A stretch of DNA of 64,000 nucleotides. Origin: Rubripirellula sp. Lineage in GTDB: Bacteria > Planctomycetota > Planctomycetia > Pirellulales > Pirellulaceae. The position numbers were made by a program, and so were the translations under genes. Shown piece after piece: positions 37,670 through 47,757 of the stretch. Each line of letters starts with the position of its first letter. Within the stretch, counting starts at the first letter, position 1. The stretch is taken from assembly GCA_965216875.1 (NCBI GenBank), contig OZ244207.1, forward strand, positions 32,001 through 96,000, written 5' to 3'. The notes beneath the pieces were generated by a model. That model did no database searches. It had not been told where the DNA came from and worked only from the letters and a program-made list of their open reading frames with translations.

Positions 37670-39610
37670 ATGACAGACACGATGCCGTTTTCCACGTTTC
37701 GTTTTTCGCGTTTTGTGTTGGTCTTGGTCGCCTCCCTATTCGCTCCGTTGACCCTCTCGGCACAACCGCCCGGTTTTGGGCCTCCGGGTGGTGGCGGCGG
37801 TCCGGGCGGTGGTGGTCCAGGTGGAGGGCCCGGCGCGCCAGATGTGGAACTGGTCGAAAAGTTTGATCGCGATGGTGATGGGATCTTGAATCGCGCTGAA
37901 CGTGATGCGGCGCGTGCTTGGTTGTCCGAGAACCAGCCTCAGCGACGCGGCCCCGGACGTGGACCTGGCGGTCCGGGTGGATTTGGTGGTCGAGGCCGTG
38001 GACCAGGCGGCCCGGGCGGTGGACGTCCCGAAGGGACCGAGGGGCCCCGAGTTGAATTGGGTGACGTTGAAGCCAACATCGACGCAGAGCTTTACGATCC
38101 GAGTGTCCTGCGCACGATCTTTCTTGAGTTTGAAAATGAGGATTGGGAACAGGAGCTTGCCGACTTCAAACCGACTGATGTTGAAGTTCCGGCGACGATG
38201 ACCGTCGACGGCAAAACGTACCCGCAAGTGGGTGTCAGTTTTCGCGGCGCTTCGTCATTCTTCATGATTCCTGCTGGCAGCAAACGGTCCTTTAATCTGT
38301 CTGTCGATTTCGTCGACGACGACCAACGCCTTTACGGCTACAAGTCGCTCAACCTGCTCAATTGCAACGGCGACGCCAGCATGATGAGTTCGTATCTGTA
38401 CTGGGACATCGCGAGCAAACGCATCGCGACTCCAAAAGTGAATTTCGTGAGGGTGGTCGTCAACGGACGCAGTTGGGGTGTGTACGCGAACGCACAACAG
38501 TTCAACAAAGACTTTTTGAAAGAGAACTACGATTCCAAGAAGGGGAGTCGCTGGAAGGTTAGCGGCAGTCCCCGCGGCGATGGCGGTTTGCGTTACATGG
38601 GCGATGACGTCGAAGAGTATCGCAGCCGCTACGAAATCAAATCAAAAGACAAGCCAGAGGCCTGGCAAGATCTGATCAATCTGTGCCGAGTGCTGGAGGA
38701 AACGCCTGCGGAAGAACTTGAATCGGCTCTGGCACCGATCTTGGATGTCGACGGTGCGCTTTGGTTTTTGGCCGCCGACGTCGCTTTGATCAACAGTGAC
38801 GGATATTGGACGCGCGCGAGCGACTACAGCATCTATCAAAACGCCGATGGCGTCTTTCATGTTCTGCCGCATGACATGAATGAATCGTTTCGCGCAACGC
38901 GAGGTCGTGGTGGGCCAGGTGGCGGACCAGGCGGTGGACCAGGCGGTGGCCGAGGTGGACCACCCGGTTTCGGTTTTGGTGGTTTCTTCGGCGGTCAACG
39001 TGGTGGACCTCCGCCAAACGAGTTTGACCGCGATCGACGACCACCGCCCCAGCAAGGTGAGCGGCCTGAGCAAGGTGCTGAGCGGCCTGAGCAGCGTGCT
39101 GGGCGGCCTGAGCAGGGTCGTTCCGGGTTGGGGCGTCCTCCACAAGACCGTCCTCCACAAGACCGCCCTCCACAAGACCGCGCCGGTCAGAGGCGTGGCG
39201 ATGAGCGTCAACGGGGACGCGGCGACGATCAACGTGGCCGCGAAGGCGATCGTGGGCGGGGGCAAGGCTCGGGCGGGTTCGAGCTCGATCCACTCGTCGG
39301 TCTTGATAATCCACGCATGCCACTTCGAAGCAAGCTGCTCGCCAACCCAGCGCTCAAGCAACGTTACCTTCAATATGTCAAAGAGATTGCCGACAACTAC
39401 TTGGACTGGGACTACATGGGGCCCAAAGTCAGTGCGGCGACGAGACTGATTTCCGACGAAGTCAAAGCGGATACTCGCAAGTTGATGACTAACGAAGCGT
39501 TCGAACGTGCGACCGACGACGCCAGCGGTTCGCTGCGCACCTTTTGCGATGCTCGAGCGAAGTACCTGCTTAGCCATCCTGCGATTACCGACTTGCCGGA
39601 AAGCAACTAA
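37670..39610 (+). CDS. CotH kinase family protein with EF-hand-like motif, secreted
   Basis: Signal peptide; FDRDGDGILNRAE; VGVSFRGASS, KRSFNL, NSDGY, LPHDMNESF. Confidence 0.88.
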   Translation: MTDTMPFSTFRFSRFVLVLVASLFAPLTLSAQPPGFGPPGGGGGPGGGGPGGGPGAPDVELVEKFDRDGDGILNRAERDAARAWLSENQPQRRGPGRGPGGPGGFGGRGRGPGGPGGGRPEGTEGPRVELGDVEANIDAELYDPSVLRTIFLEFENEDWEQELADFKPTDVEVPATMTVDGKTYPQVGVSFRGASSFFMIPAGSKRSFNLSVDFVDDDQRLYGYKSLNLLNCNGDASMMSSYLYWDIASKRIATPKVNFVRVVVNGRSWGVYANAQQFNKDFLKENYDSKKGSRWKVSGSPRGDGGLRYMGDDVEEYRSRYEIKSKDKPEAWQDLINLCRVLEETPAEELESALAPILDVDGALWFLAADVALINSDGYWTRASDYSIYQNADGVFHVLPHDMNESFRATRGRGGPGGGPGGGPGGGRGGPPGFGFGGFFGGQRGGPPPNEFDRDRRPPPQQGERPEQGAERPEQRAGRPEQGRSGLGRPPQDRPPQDRPPQDRAGQRRGDERQRGRGDDQRGREGDRGRGQGSGGFELDPLVGLDNPRMPLRSKLLANPALKQRYLQYVKEIADNYLDWDYMGPKVSAATRLISDEVKADTRKLMTNEAFERATDDASGSLRTFCDARAKYLLSHPAITDLPESN

Positions 39611-39664
39611 TCCGCGGTCACGTCCAAACTCAGAAACAAGACTGTTCACCAAGTACGAGCTGCA

Positions 39665-40306
39665 ATGGAGTTTTTGGAAGTTCCCCTTTTCGACGATGAT
39701 CTGTACAAGATGCTCGTCCGCTTTGCGATCAATCTGTTGGTCGTGTTGGCGATCACCTTGGGCTGCTATCGCGAGCACCAGAAGGGCGATGGGTACATTT
39801 TCACCTACCTGTTGCTCAACATCATGGTCTTCTTCATTTGCTTTGCGTTGAAGAAACTTGAACTTCAGCTTGGCTTGGCGCTCGGTCTGTTCGCAATCTT
39901 TGCGATCATTCGTTACCGGACCGACACGATCCGCGTCCACGAAATGACCTACCTGTTTGTGGTCGTCGGGATTGCCGTGATCAATGCGCTTTCGAACAAG
40001 AAGACGAGTTACGCGGAACTCGCGGCAACCAACGGGATTGTGATTGTTTCCGCTTACATCCTCGAGAAGGTTTTCGCGTTTGATCGGCCCAAACGAGCGA
40101 AGCAATCGATCATTTACGACAAGCTCGAACTACTCAAACCAGACAACTACGCGTCACTCGTCCAAGACATCGCGGCACGCACCGGTTTGGTTGCTGAGGA
40201 CATCAAGATTGCGAAAATTGATTTGCAAAAGGGATCAGCCACGATCGTCGTCTACTACACACCGCCCGAGGTGGAAGATGATGGCGACGAAGAAGTGATC
40301 CTGTAG
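39665..40306 (+). CDS. DUF4956 membrane protein
   Basis: GLALGLFAIFAIIRYRT...EMTYLF signature. Confidence 0.9.
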   Translation: MEFLEVPLFDDDLYKMLVRFAINLLVVLAITLGCYREHQKGDGYIFTYLLLNIMVFFICFALKKLELQLGLALGLFAIFAIIRYRTDTIRVHEMTYLFVVVGIAVINALSNKKTSYAELAATNGIVIVSAYILEKVFAFDRPKRAKQSIIYDKLELLKPDNYASLVQDIAARTGLVAEDIKIAKIDLQKGSATIVVYYTPPEVEDDGDEEVIL

Positions 40307-40328
40307 ACCCGGTCACCTTGGCGATGGG

Positions 40329-40763
40329 CTAGGGCAGGATCGTACGGTCGACGGTGCTTTGAGCATGGTCGAATCCGTCGTTGGTGTAGGTGATGGTGTA
40401 GGCACCGTACCCCGTCTTGCGACCGCCGCTTCGGATCAACGTTAGCGTCCAAGACTCTGCGAGAGTCTGATCGCCCATTGCTTCAATCGGTTGACAGGCA
40501 AAGTAGGCGGGCGAATTCTTGGCGGTGTCGAGTTTGCTGACCGTATCGGCGAATCGACCGGTCGATTGGCGGTATTGGAGCTGGGCCTCGCGGACACTTT
40601 CCAGGAACTCGAACGCTTCGCACGCCTTGCCACGTTCCTCACGCTCAAGTAGACGCGGGACACCGATCGCAGCCACCAACACGACGAGCAAGCCGACCAT
40701 CTGCGGAAGCTCGAGCACCGAGAAGCCGGCGAATCTGCGTTGGTGGTGGGGATTTGAAATCAT
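40329..40763 (-). CDS. Type IV pilin-like protein with atypical N-terminus
   Basis: RRFAG|FSVLE prepilin-like cleavage site, hydrophobic helix, EA...L..VREAQ..Y....GRFA PilE-like pattern. Confidence 0.7.
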   Translation of the reverse strand: MISNPHHQRRFAGFSVLELPQMVGLLVVLVAAIGVPRLLEREERGKACEAFEFLESVREAQLQYRQSTGRFADTVSKLDTAKNSPAYFACQPIEAMGDQTLAESWTLTLIRSGGRKTGYGAYTITYTNDGFDHAQSTVDRTILP

Positions 40764-41076
40764 CAGTCGGATCGCCGCCTGCCAGGATCGACCAACGGCC
40801 AAACCCAAGTAGACGAAGTTGCTAGCAAATCAGTTGAAAGGGAATTCCTATTCAACGTCTAGCTCTTGGCGGTCGGGATCTTGGCAACGACGGTCAACGG
40901 AAGGGGCCAACTTAGCGCCCTCGATTCGGGTTGGGCCGGTTGTAGGGGCTCGGCGGCTCACCTCTGAGCCGGGACCCGTGAGCCGGGATCACATAAGCGG
41001 CCGGGCTGAGGGTGTGTTTTTTTGTGAGCCGTACGCGCTAGCGTCGGGCCTTGCGCTGCACGAATTGCGAACGACT

Positions 41077-41153
41077 GTCATGCGGAGCATGACCTACGAA
41101 GAGGACGCGGAGCGTCCGGAAGGCGTTACCACGAGGGGCGAGGTAACGAGGGG
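41077..41153. repeat. Composite REP-like element; inverted copy at 53555-53631
   Basis: GTCATGCGGAGCATGACCTACGAAGAGGACGCGGAGCGTCCGGAAG matches the reverse complement of the 53555-53631 copy. Confidence 0.85.
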
Positions 41154-41467
41154 GAGCGTCGGCGTTTCCTGCGCGACTCGGCAGCCTTCCGCGGCTCCAT
41201 TTATTGGCTTTGCTATCAACTCGCTTTTTCGGACTTGGTGTTTTTTTGGGTGTTTCGTTAAACTTCTCCAGCCGCGTACCCGACGTCACGGTGTTTCACT
41301 TCACTTTGATTGAGTGTTTCACCGATGGTTCGTGGCAACAACGAGGTCACACGATGTGACGCGTTGGTGTGAGTCAACACGGTTCGTTCTCCTTGCAAAC
41401 TCCTTTGCAAAGCGCGAACGCATCGAACATGTCGACTCGATCCAACCGACCTGCCAGGAGGGACCCT

Positions 41468-42712
41468 ATGCCAGGCGAATCGTTCCGATTCATTCATGCA
41501 AGCGACTTTCATCTCGAATCACCGTTGGGTGATCTCGATTCGCTGCCACCCCATTTGCGCGACGCGATGGCTGATGCGCCTTGGAACGCTGCCAAGGCGG
41601 TCTTTGACGCGGCTGGCGCCGATAACATTGACTTCCTTGTTCTTTGTGGCGACTTGCTTCAACCACAGACGGCAGGGCCTTATGGCATGTCGGTGTTGTT
41701 GGACCAGTTCGAAAAGCTGAACGAAAAAAAGAAACCGGTCCTCTGGGTTGCTGGCCAATCCGACGATCCCCAGAAGTGGCCCGAAGCGGTGCCGCTTCCA
41801 CCCAACGTCACGCTCTTTCCGAAAAACAAAACGGTCAGCGTTCCGGTTCAACGCGCGGGCCGCACCATTTGCAACGTCGTTGGTCGCAGCAACGACGGCC
41901 GGACAGCGTTGCATGTACCGAGCTACCGCATCGATCCCACGGACGAATACACCGTGGCGCTCGGCTATGGCAGTTCGGACCCCGACGCGCTCGCCGAAGG
42001 CCGCTTTGACTATTGGGCGCTCGGTGGACAACACAACCGCGAAGAACTGGATGGCGGTGCCGAAGCAGGCGCCGTTTACTGTGGTTCGCCCCAGGGTCGT
42101 GACCTGACCGAGTGTGGCGGGCACGGCTATTCCATCGTCGATGTCGATGCTGACCAAACGACTCGCATTCACGCGATCGAAACGGATGCGTTTCGTTATT
42201 GTCACGTTGAGATTGATGCTGCCGAGATTGCGGCGGTCGGCGGGATTCGAAACCTGCTGGGTGAACGGATCGTTCGGCTGCAACATGAAAACGGCGGGCG
42301 TCATCTGCTGATTGGTTGGGACATTTGCGTGGCCAACGGTGAAACGTTGCACGCGATCGGCGATGCCGACGACCTGCTCAAGTGGCTGCGCCGCGAATAC
42401 GGTCATGGCGCTCCGTCCGCTTGGACGGCGCGACTGACCATTCGTCCGCCTCAGCAGTACCCACAATCGTGGCATGACGAAGACACGATCCTTGGCGACT
42501 TTTTGCGAGCGTCGCAGCGTTACCAAAAAGCGGATGGCCGCGACCTGAACCTGTTGCCATTCACGGAAGAAGAAAGCGACATCGCGACGACGATGGCGAC
42601 CTTGTTGGCTGAGATCCCGGCAGCGTGCCGAGGCGAAGTGCTAGACCAAGCGACGCTACTTGGTGTCGAACTGTTGCGAGGCGGGAAGCCCAAACTGGTG
42701 CAAGAGTCATGA
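41468..42712 (+). CDS. SbcD/Mre11-like (YhaO-type) metallophosphoesterase
   Basis: IHASDFHL, CGDL, DYWALG, YCGSPQGR; AGGAGG RBS. Confidence 0.88.
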   Translation: MPGESFRFIHASDFHLESPLGDLDSLPPHLRDAMADAPWNAAKAVFDAAGADNIDFLVLCGDLLQPQTAGPYGMSVLLDQFEKLNEKKKPVLWVAGQSDDPQKWPEAVPLPPNVTLFPKNKTVSVPVQRAGRTICNVVGRSNDGRTALHVPSYRIDPTDEYTVALGYGSSDPDALAEGRFDYWALGGQHNREELDGGAEAGAVYCGSPQGRDLTECGGHGYSIVDVDADQTTRIHAIETDAFRYCHVEIDAAEIAAVGGIRNLLGERIVRLQHENGGRHLLIGWDICVANGETLHAIGDADDLLKWLRREYGHGAPSAWTARLTIRPPQQYPQSWHDEDTILGDFLRASQRYQKADGRDLNLLPFTEEESDIATTMATLLAEIPAACRGEVLDQATLLGVELLRGGKPKLVQES

Positions 42713-45700
42713 AAGTCAAAGACATTCAAATCGACGGCTTCGGTGTTTGGACCGGATTGTCAGTCGACTCGCTACCCGAAGGCATGACGTTGTTTTACGG
42801 CCCCAACGAGGCTGGCAAAACAACATTGATGCAGTTCATGCGAGCGATGCTCTATGGGTTCACACCCGAACGTCGCGAAAAGTACTTGCCGCCCGTGTAT
42901 GGCGGAACTCCCGGTGGTGCCGTTCGCGTCACCGGACCGGGTGGCGGTTACCAAATCCGCCGTCACAGCCAACTGACCGACAATGGAGTGATGGGCCAGC
43001 TTACGGTCACAGGCCAAGATGGCTTGAGCCAAGGCCAACATCGCTTGAGCAGTTTGTTGGGGCAAATCGACGAAGCGATTTTTACCAACGTGTTCGCGAT
43101 CGGTATGCGCGAATTGCAAGAGTTGAGCACGCTCGACGACACCGCGGCCGCTGACGAACTGTACAAACTCTCGAGTGGACTCGATCGCGTTTCACTTGTC
43201 GATGTCTTGCGATCGCTGCGCGGTGGACGCGCCGAATTGATCGGTCGGACACTTGTCGACGACGAAGCCGAGGCGTCGAAGTTGACGAGTCTGATTTCGA
43301 AACGAGAAAAGCTTCGCGATGAGGTCACCCAATTGACCAGCGGCGGACGCCGATGGAGTGAGCTTGCGGCTCAGCGTCGCACAGGCCAACAAGAAATCGA
43401 AGAGTTGACCGAGCGCATGTCGGCTTGGGAGCGAGAGTCTCGCTGTGTGGAGATCGCCACGTCCGTTTTCGAAACTTGGGAACAACGCGACGAAGCCGAA
43501 ACACTGATCGCCGAAACCGAAGCGGAAGCTCAACTGCCCGATGATGCGCCCGGCCAGCTCGTGCAAATCGACGCAATGATCGAAGAGCGGACAATCAAGC
43601 TTGAAGAGGTCAAGCAGAAGCGACGAGACATTCGCGACAAAGCGGAACAACTGCCGGTCAGTCGCCGGATGCTTGACCTGAAAGGACGCATCGAAGCGGC
43701 AACCGAGCAAGCAACGTGGGTCGAAGCGCTCGAAGAACAAATCGATCGCTTGGATCAACAGATCGAACGAGCCAAAAAGCAGCTCGACACCGACGCGGAA
43801 CGACTTGGGCTGGACGAGGAAGAACGCCACTCACTGGCTGGCGGTGACCTGTCGAAATTGCCCGATCTGTCACGGCAAACTCTTTCAGCACTCGCTGAAC
43901 CAGCAAAGAAAGTCAAAGAACAATCGTTCCTGTTGAAACAGGCACGCTCCGAAGGTGCTGAACACAAGCAGCGAGCCGACAAGCTTGGTCAGGAACTCAA
44001 GGAAACGCTCGACCGAGCCCGCGCGTCGGATCTGCAACAAGCGATTCGCCGCGAAAACGAAACACTTGCGACGCTTCGTCACCGCGCTCAATTGGGCGAG
44101 CACCTCGAGAAGCTGAAACGTCATTATCGCGACCTCGAAAAGGAAACGATCGATCTGACGGCCGACGAGACGCTGCCGGTTGACCGCTTGATCTTGCTTG
44201 CCCTGCCCTTCATCGGCGGCGGCATGTTCTCGCTTTATGGCGTTTTTCACCTGCTCGGTATCGAATGGTTTGTCACCGACCCCGATCCGACCTGGGGTTT
44301 GATTTGCCTGTTCATCGGCTTCATGTGCGGAGTGACCTATTACTTCGGTCGCGAGAACGGCCTGCGCAGCACAACACTCGAACGCGAGGATTGTGAGCGT
44401 CAGATCGATACGTTGCGAAAACAGATTCGCGAGGTCGAAGCAGAACGGAACAATGCCGATTCCACGTTGCCGACCAGTACAGAGTCGATCGACGTGCGGA
44501 TCCGCGAAACGGAACGTTTGCTTGCGGAACTCGAAGCCTCTTTGCCTACGTTCCACAACCACCAAGCAGCCATGCAATCGTATCGGTCGGCGCGCGATCG
44601 CGCCGCGGCCGCTACGCAAGGTGGTCGTGAAGCCAAGCGTCAATGGTCGGCCACGCTGGAAGAACTTGGACTGAGCGATTCGTTGACGCCTTCGTCGGTT
44701 CGCAAGTTGAGCGGTGGGTATGAAACGCTGCAAGCGAGTCTCCGTCGCGTTAGCGAACTGAACGCCGAAAAAGACCAACGTCGCCGCGAACGCCAATTGA
44801 TCGCCAAGCGAATCGAAACGCTGTACCTGGAAGCCCTTGAAGTGGGGGCTCAAGATGCCGCTGAGGATTCCGACGAAGAAGAGTACGAAACCGAACCAAC
44901 CGCGCCGCGTCATCGTCCACGCAGTGGTCCACTCGACCAGCTCAACCACCTGCACGAAGAGCTCTCGCGGCAACAACATTGGATCAAACGTCGCCGCGAA
45001 CTGAAGGAGCAAGACCAGCAACTTCGTCGCGCTCAGCAGTCGCATCATCGCGCGATGGAACGTGGCGAACAGCAACGTCGAGCGTTGTGGGCGAAGTGTG
45101 GCGTTGCCACGCCCGAACAGTTCTACGAGATGGTCGACTCCAAAGCGAGTCTCGCAGAACTCAATTCCCAGTACGACGAACTGGATGAGAAAGTCCGCTC
45201 GATGATCGGCCCGCACATGGAATATGACCATGTCGCCGCCGAAATCGAGGGTGCCAGCGCCGAGGACCTCGAGCGTCGTTGGGAATCGCTGACCACCAAG
45301 ATGTCTGAAACGGAAAGCCGTGTCGCCCAGTTGCGCACCGCGCAAGGCGAACTGGCTCAGGAGATGAAACACTTGGGCGACGACAAGCGTTTGACGACGG
45401 CCCGCTTGGAGTTGGGCTGTGTTGAACGGCAGATCGAATCGGCTTCACGTCGCTGGCAAACGCTGGCCACAGCAAGTTGTTTGTTGGAAGACGTTTGCGG
45501 CACGTTCGAGCGTGAACGCCAACCCGAGACATTGCGTGAAGCGTCGACATTCCTGTCGCAGTTGACCGATGGGAAGTACACGCGGATTTGGACACCGCTG
45601 GGGACCAACCAGCTCAAGATCGACGATCATGGCGGCAAGTCGCTTGCACTCGAAGTGCTTAGCCGGGGAACGCGTGAAGCGGTCTTCATCGCATTGCGTT

Positions 45701-46419
45701 TGTCGCTCGCCGCCGCCTACGCGCGACGCGGCGTGATGTTGCCGTTGGTTCTGGACGATGTCTTGGTCAACTTCGACCGCGACCGAGCCGTGCATGCGGC
45801 TCGGACGCTCAAGACGTTCGCTGAGCTTGGCCACCAAGTGATGATGTTCACCTGTCACGATCACATTGTCGATATCTTCCACGACATTGACGTGGAAGTG
45901 CGTTTGATGCCGGCTCAAGGTGAGCCAGGCCGAGCAACCGTGCTGCTTCCTGAAGAAATCGAGCCCGAGTACGAGGAAGAAGAGTACGAGGAAGAGGAAG
46001 AGGTCGAAGAGGAGGTTCTTGAGGATGTCGTCGAGGAAGAACCGGAGGTCGAAGCAGAGCCGATTGTGATGGTCGAGCCTGAACCGGAGCCCGAGCCTGA
46101 ACCACGAATCATCTACGTCGAAAAACCGAAGCCAAAGCCGAAACCCAAAAAACGAAAACGCCCTGAACCGATTATCATCGAGGATGTTTTCGAGGAGCCG
46201 GAGCCAGAACCTGAACCCGAGCCAGCCATCGGCTGGGCGTGGTTCGAACGTGATCCTGGTGCAAGGCTTGATGAAGTCGAAGATGCACTTGCATCAATCG
46301 CTCAAGATGAATGGATCGAAGGGTCCGATACCACTGGGGGTGAACCGATTCCAGACGACGTTTGGCATCGCAGCACATCCTGGTGGAATCCTGACTCGCC
46401 CGACCACCCGTCTAACTAG
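42709..46419 (+). CDS. YhaN-like SMC/Rad50-type ATPase with internal TM hairpin
   Basis: ATGA overlap with upstream gene; YGPNEAGKTT, coiled coils, two TMs, LSRGT signature, LVLDDVLVNFD, FTCH. Confidence 0.9.
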   Translation: MKVKDIQIDGFGVWTGLSVDSLPEGMTLFYGPNEAGKTTLMQFMRAMLYGFTPERREKYLPPVYGGTPGGAVRVTGPGGGYQIRRHSQLTDNGVMGQLTVTGQDGLSQGQHRLSSLLGQIDEAIFTNVFAIGMRELQELSTLDDTAAADELYKLSSGLDRVSLVDVLRSLRGGRAELIGRTLVDDEAEASKLTSLISKREKLRDEVTQLTSGGRRWSELAAQRRTGQQEIEELTERMSAWERESRCVEIATSVFETWEQRDEAETLIAETEAEAQLPDDAPGQLVQIDAMIEERTIKLEEVKQKRRDIRDKAEQLPVSRRMLDLKGRIEAATEQATWVEALEEQIDRLDQQIERAKKQLDTDAERLGLDEEERHSLAGGDLSKLPDLSRQTLSALAEPAKKVKEQSFLLKQARSEGAEHKQRADKLGQELKETLDRARASDLQQAIRRENETLATLRHRAQLGEHLEKLKRHYRDLEKETIDLTADETLPVDRLILLALPFIGGGMFSLYGVFHLLGIEWFVTDPDPTWGLICLFIGFMCGVTYYFGRENGLRSTTLEREDCERQIDTLRKQIREVEAERNNADSTLPTSTESIDVRIRETERLLAELEASLPTFHNHQAAMQSYRSARDRAAAATQGGREAKRQWSATLEELGLSDSLTPSSVRKLSGGYETLQASLRRVSELNAEKDQRRRERQLIAKRIETLYLEALEVGAQDAAEDSDEEEYETEPTAPRHRPRSGPLDQLNHLHEELSRQQHWIKRRRELKEQDQQLRRAQQSHHRAMERGEQQRRALWAKCGVATPEQFYEMVDSKASLAELNSQYDELDEKVRSMIGPHMEYDHVAAEIEGASAEDLERRWESLTTKMSETESRVAQLRTAQGELAQEMKHLGDDKRLTTARLELGCVERQIESASRRWQTLATASCLLEDVCGTFERERQPETLREASTFLSQLTDGKYTRIWTPLGTNQLKIDDHGGKSLALEVLSRGTREAVFIALRLSLAAAYARRGVMLPLVLDDVLVNFDRDRAVHAARTLKTFAELGHQVMMFTCHDHIVDIFHDIDVEVRLMPAQGEPGRATVLLPEEIEPEYEEEEYEEEEEVEEEVLEDVVEEEPEVEAEPIVMVEPEPEPEPEPRIIYVEKPKPKPKPKKRKRPEPIIIEDVFEEPEPEPEPEPAIGWAWFERDPGARLDEVEDALASIAQDEWIEGSDTTGGEPIPDDVWHRSTSWWNPDSPDHPSN

Positions 46420-46444
46420 CCTCACCCGTCAAAGACGCTCATCG

Positions 46445-47656
46445 ATGACCAACCGTGGCGCCGCTGCAACTTCCCTCGCGTTTGTTGGCGGTTCCGCCAT
46501 TTTGCCCGACCGTGTGATCGAAGACGCGGTCGTGGTCGCCAAAGCGGGCACGATTCGCTATGTCGGCAAAAGCAAAAAGTCGATCCCGAAAGCTGCAGAG
46601 ATCGTAGATCTCGGCGGCAGCTTCCTTTCGCCCGGGTTCGTGGACCTACACATTCACGGCGGCGCGGGTGCCGACGTGATGGATGGGACGGTCGATGCGG
46701 TTCGCACGGTTTGTGTTTCGCACGCCAAGCATGGCACGACAACGATCTTTCCCACAACCAGCACCGGTTCGCACGACCAAATCCTGGCGATGTTGAACGC
46801 CTGCAGCGAGTTGCAAAGCGGAGGGACGACCAGCGACGGCGCGGTGATTGGCGGCGTCCATCTTTACGGACCCTATTTCGCGCCCGACAAAGTGGGATGC
46901 CACAATCAATCTCAATGCCGCGATCCGAGGCGTGGTGAGTTTAAAGAATATTTCCAAACAGGCATCGTCAAGATTGCGACGTGCGCCGCAGAGCTACCTG
47001 GTGCGGCAGCGTTCTATCGCGAAGCAACCAAGCGTGATTGCCTAGTCACGTGCGGTCACTCCAATGCCACTTGGACCGAAATGCAAAAAGCGTTCGACGC
47101 TGGCATGCGACACGTTGACCATTTTTGGTGTGCGATGAGCAACGTGTCATCGGTGCGCAATCGCCTTGGCGTTCCGATGCAGGGCAGCATGCTTGAGTAT
47201 GTTTTGGCCAACCCCGAAATGAGCACCGAAGTCATCGCGGACGGAATGCACCTTGCTCCCGAGTTGCTTCGGTTTGCCTGGCAGATGAAAGGCACCAAAC
47301 GGTTGTGTTTGGTGACCGACTGCAACCGCGCACTCGACATGCCGGCTGGCCGCTACCGCTTTGGCCCCAAAAAAGACGGTTCGTGGTTCAAGAGTGATGG
47401 CAAGGTTGGTTGGGCAAGCGAAGGGTCATTGGCCAGCAGCGTGATGGGAATGGACCACATGGTTCGCACCATGCACCGGGCTGCCGAGATTTCGCTTTGC
47501 GATGCCGTTCGAATGGGAACGCTGACGCCCGCAGAGCGTGTCGGCATGCAGGACCAAATCGGTAGCCTGGAAAAGGGCAAACGTGCTGACTTGGTTGTTT
47601 TGAGTTCGCGGCTGAAGGTCAAACAGGTCTATTTGGGTGGCGAGCGATTCCGTTGA
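46445..47656 (+). CDS. nagA: N-acetylglucosamine-6-phosphate deacetylase
   Basis: PGFVDLHIHGG, HGTT..FPT, GHS, IADGMH, LVTD, LASS. Confidence 0.85.
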   Translation: MTNRGAAATSLAFVGGSAILPDRVIEDAVVVAKAGTIRYVGKSKKSIPKAAEIVDLGGSFLSPGFVDLHIHGGAGADVMDGTVDAVRTVCVSHAKHGTTTIFPTTSTGSHDQILAMLNACSELQSGGTTSDGAVIGGVHLYGPYFAPDKVGCHNQSQCRDPRRGEFKEYFQTGIVKIATCAAELPGAAAFYREATKRDCLVTCGHSNATWTEMQKAFDAGMRHVDHFWCAMSNVSSVRNRLGVPMQGSMLEYVLANPEMSTEVIADGMHLAPELLRFAWQMKGTKRLCLVTDCNRALDMPAGRYRFGPKKDGSWFKSDGKVGWASEGSLASSVMGMDHMVRTMHRAAEISLCDAVRMGTLTPAERVGMQDQIGSLEKGKRADLVVLSSRLKVKQVYLGGERFR

Positions 47657-47757
47657 GTCCGGCTTCGCAAATGGAAAGCACTCGTCGGCACTCGCTGGCA
47701 GGTATATTGGTCGGCTGAAACCTCGCCCCACTCCTGCCTTCGATCGAGCCCTCCCCC

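Noticed and set aside
41300..41410. Small hairpins (GTCACACGATGTGAC, TTGCAAACTCCTTTGCAA) upstream of the yhaO-like gene
   Set aside because: Too short to assign as an operator or RNA motif without comparative data
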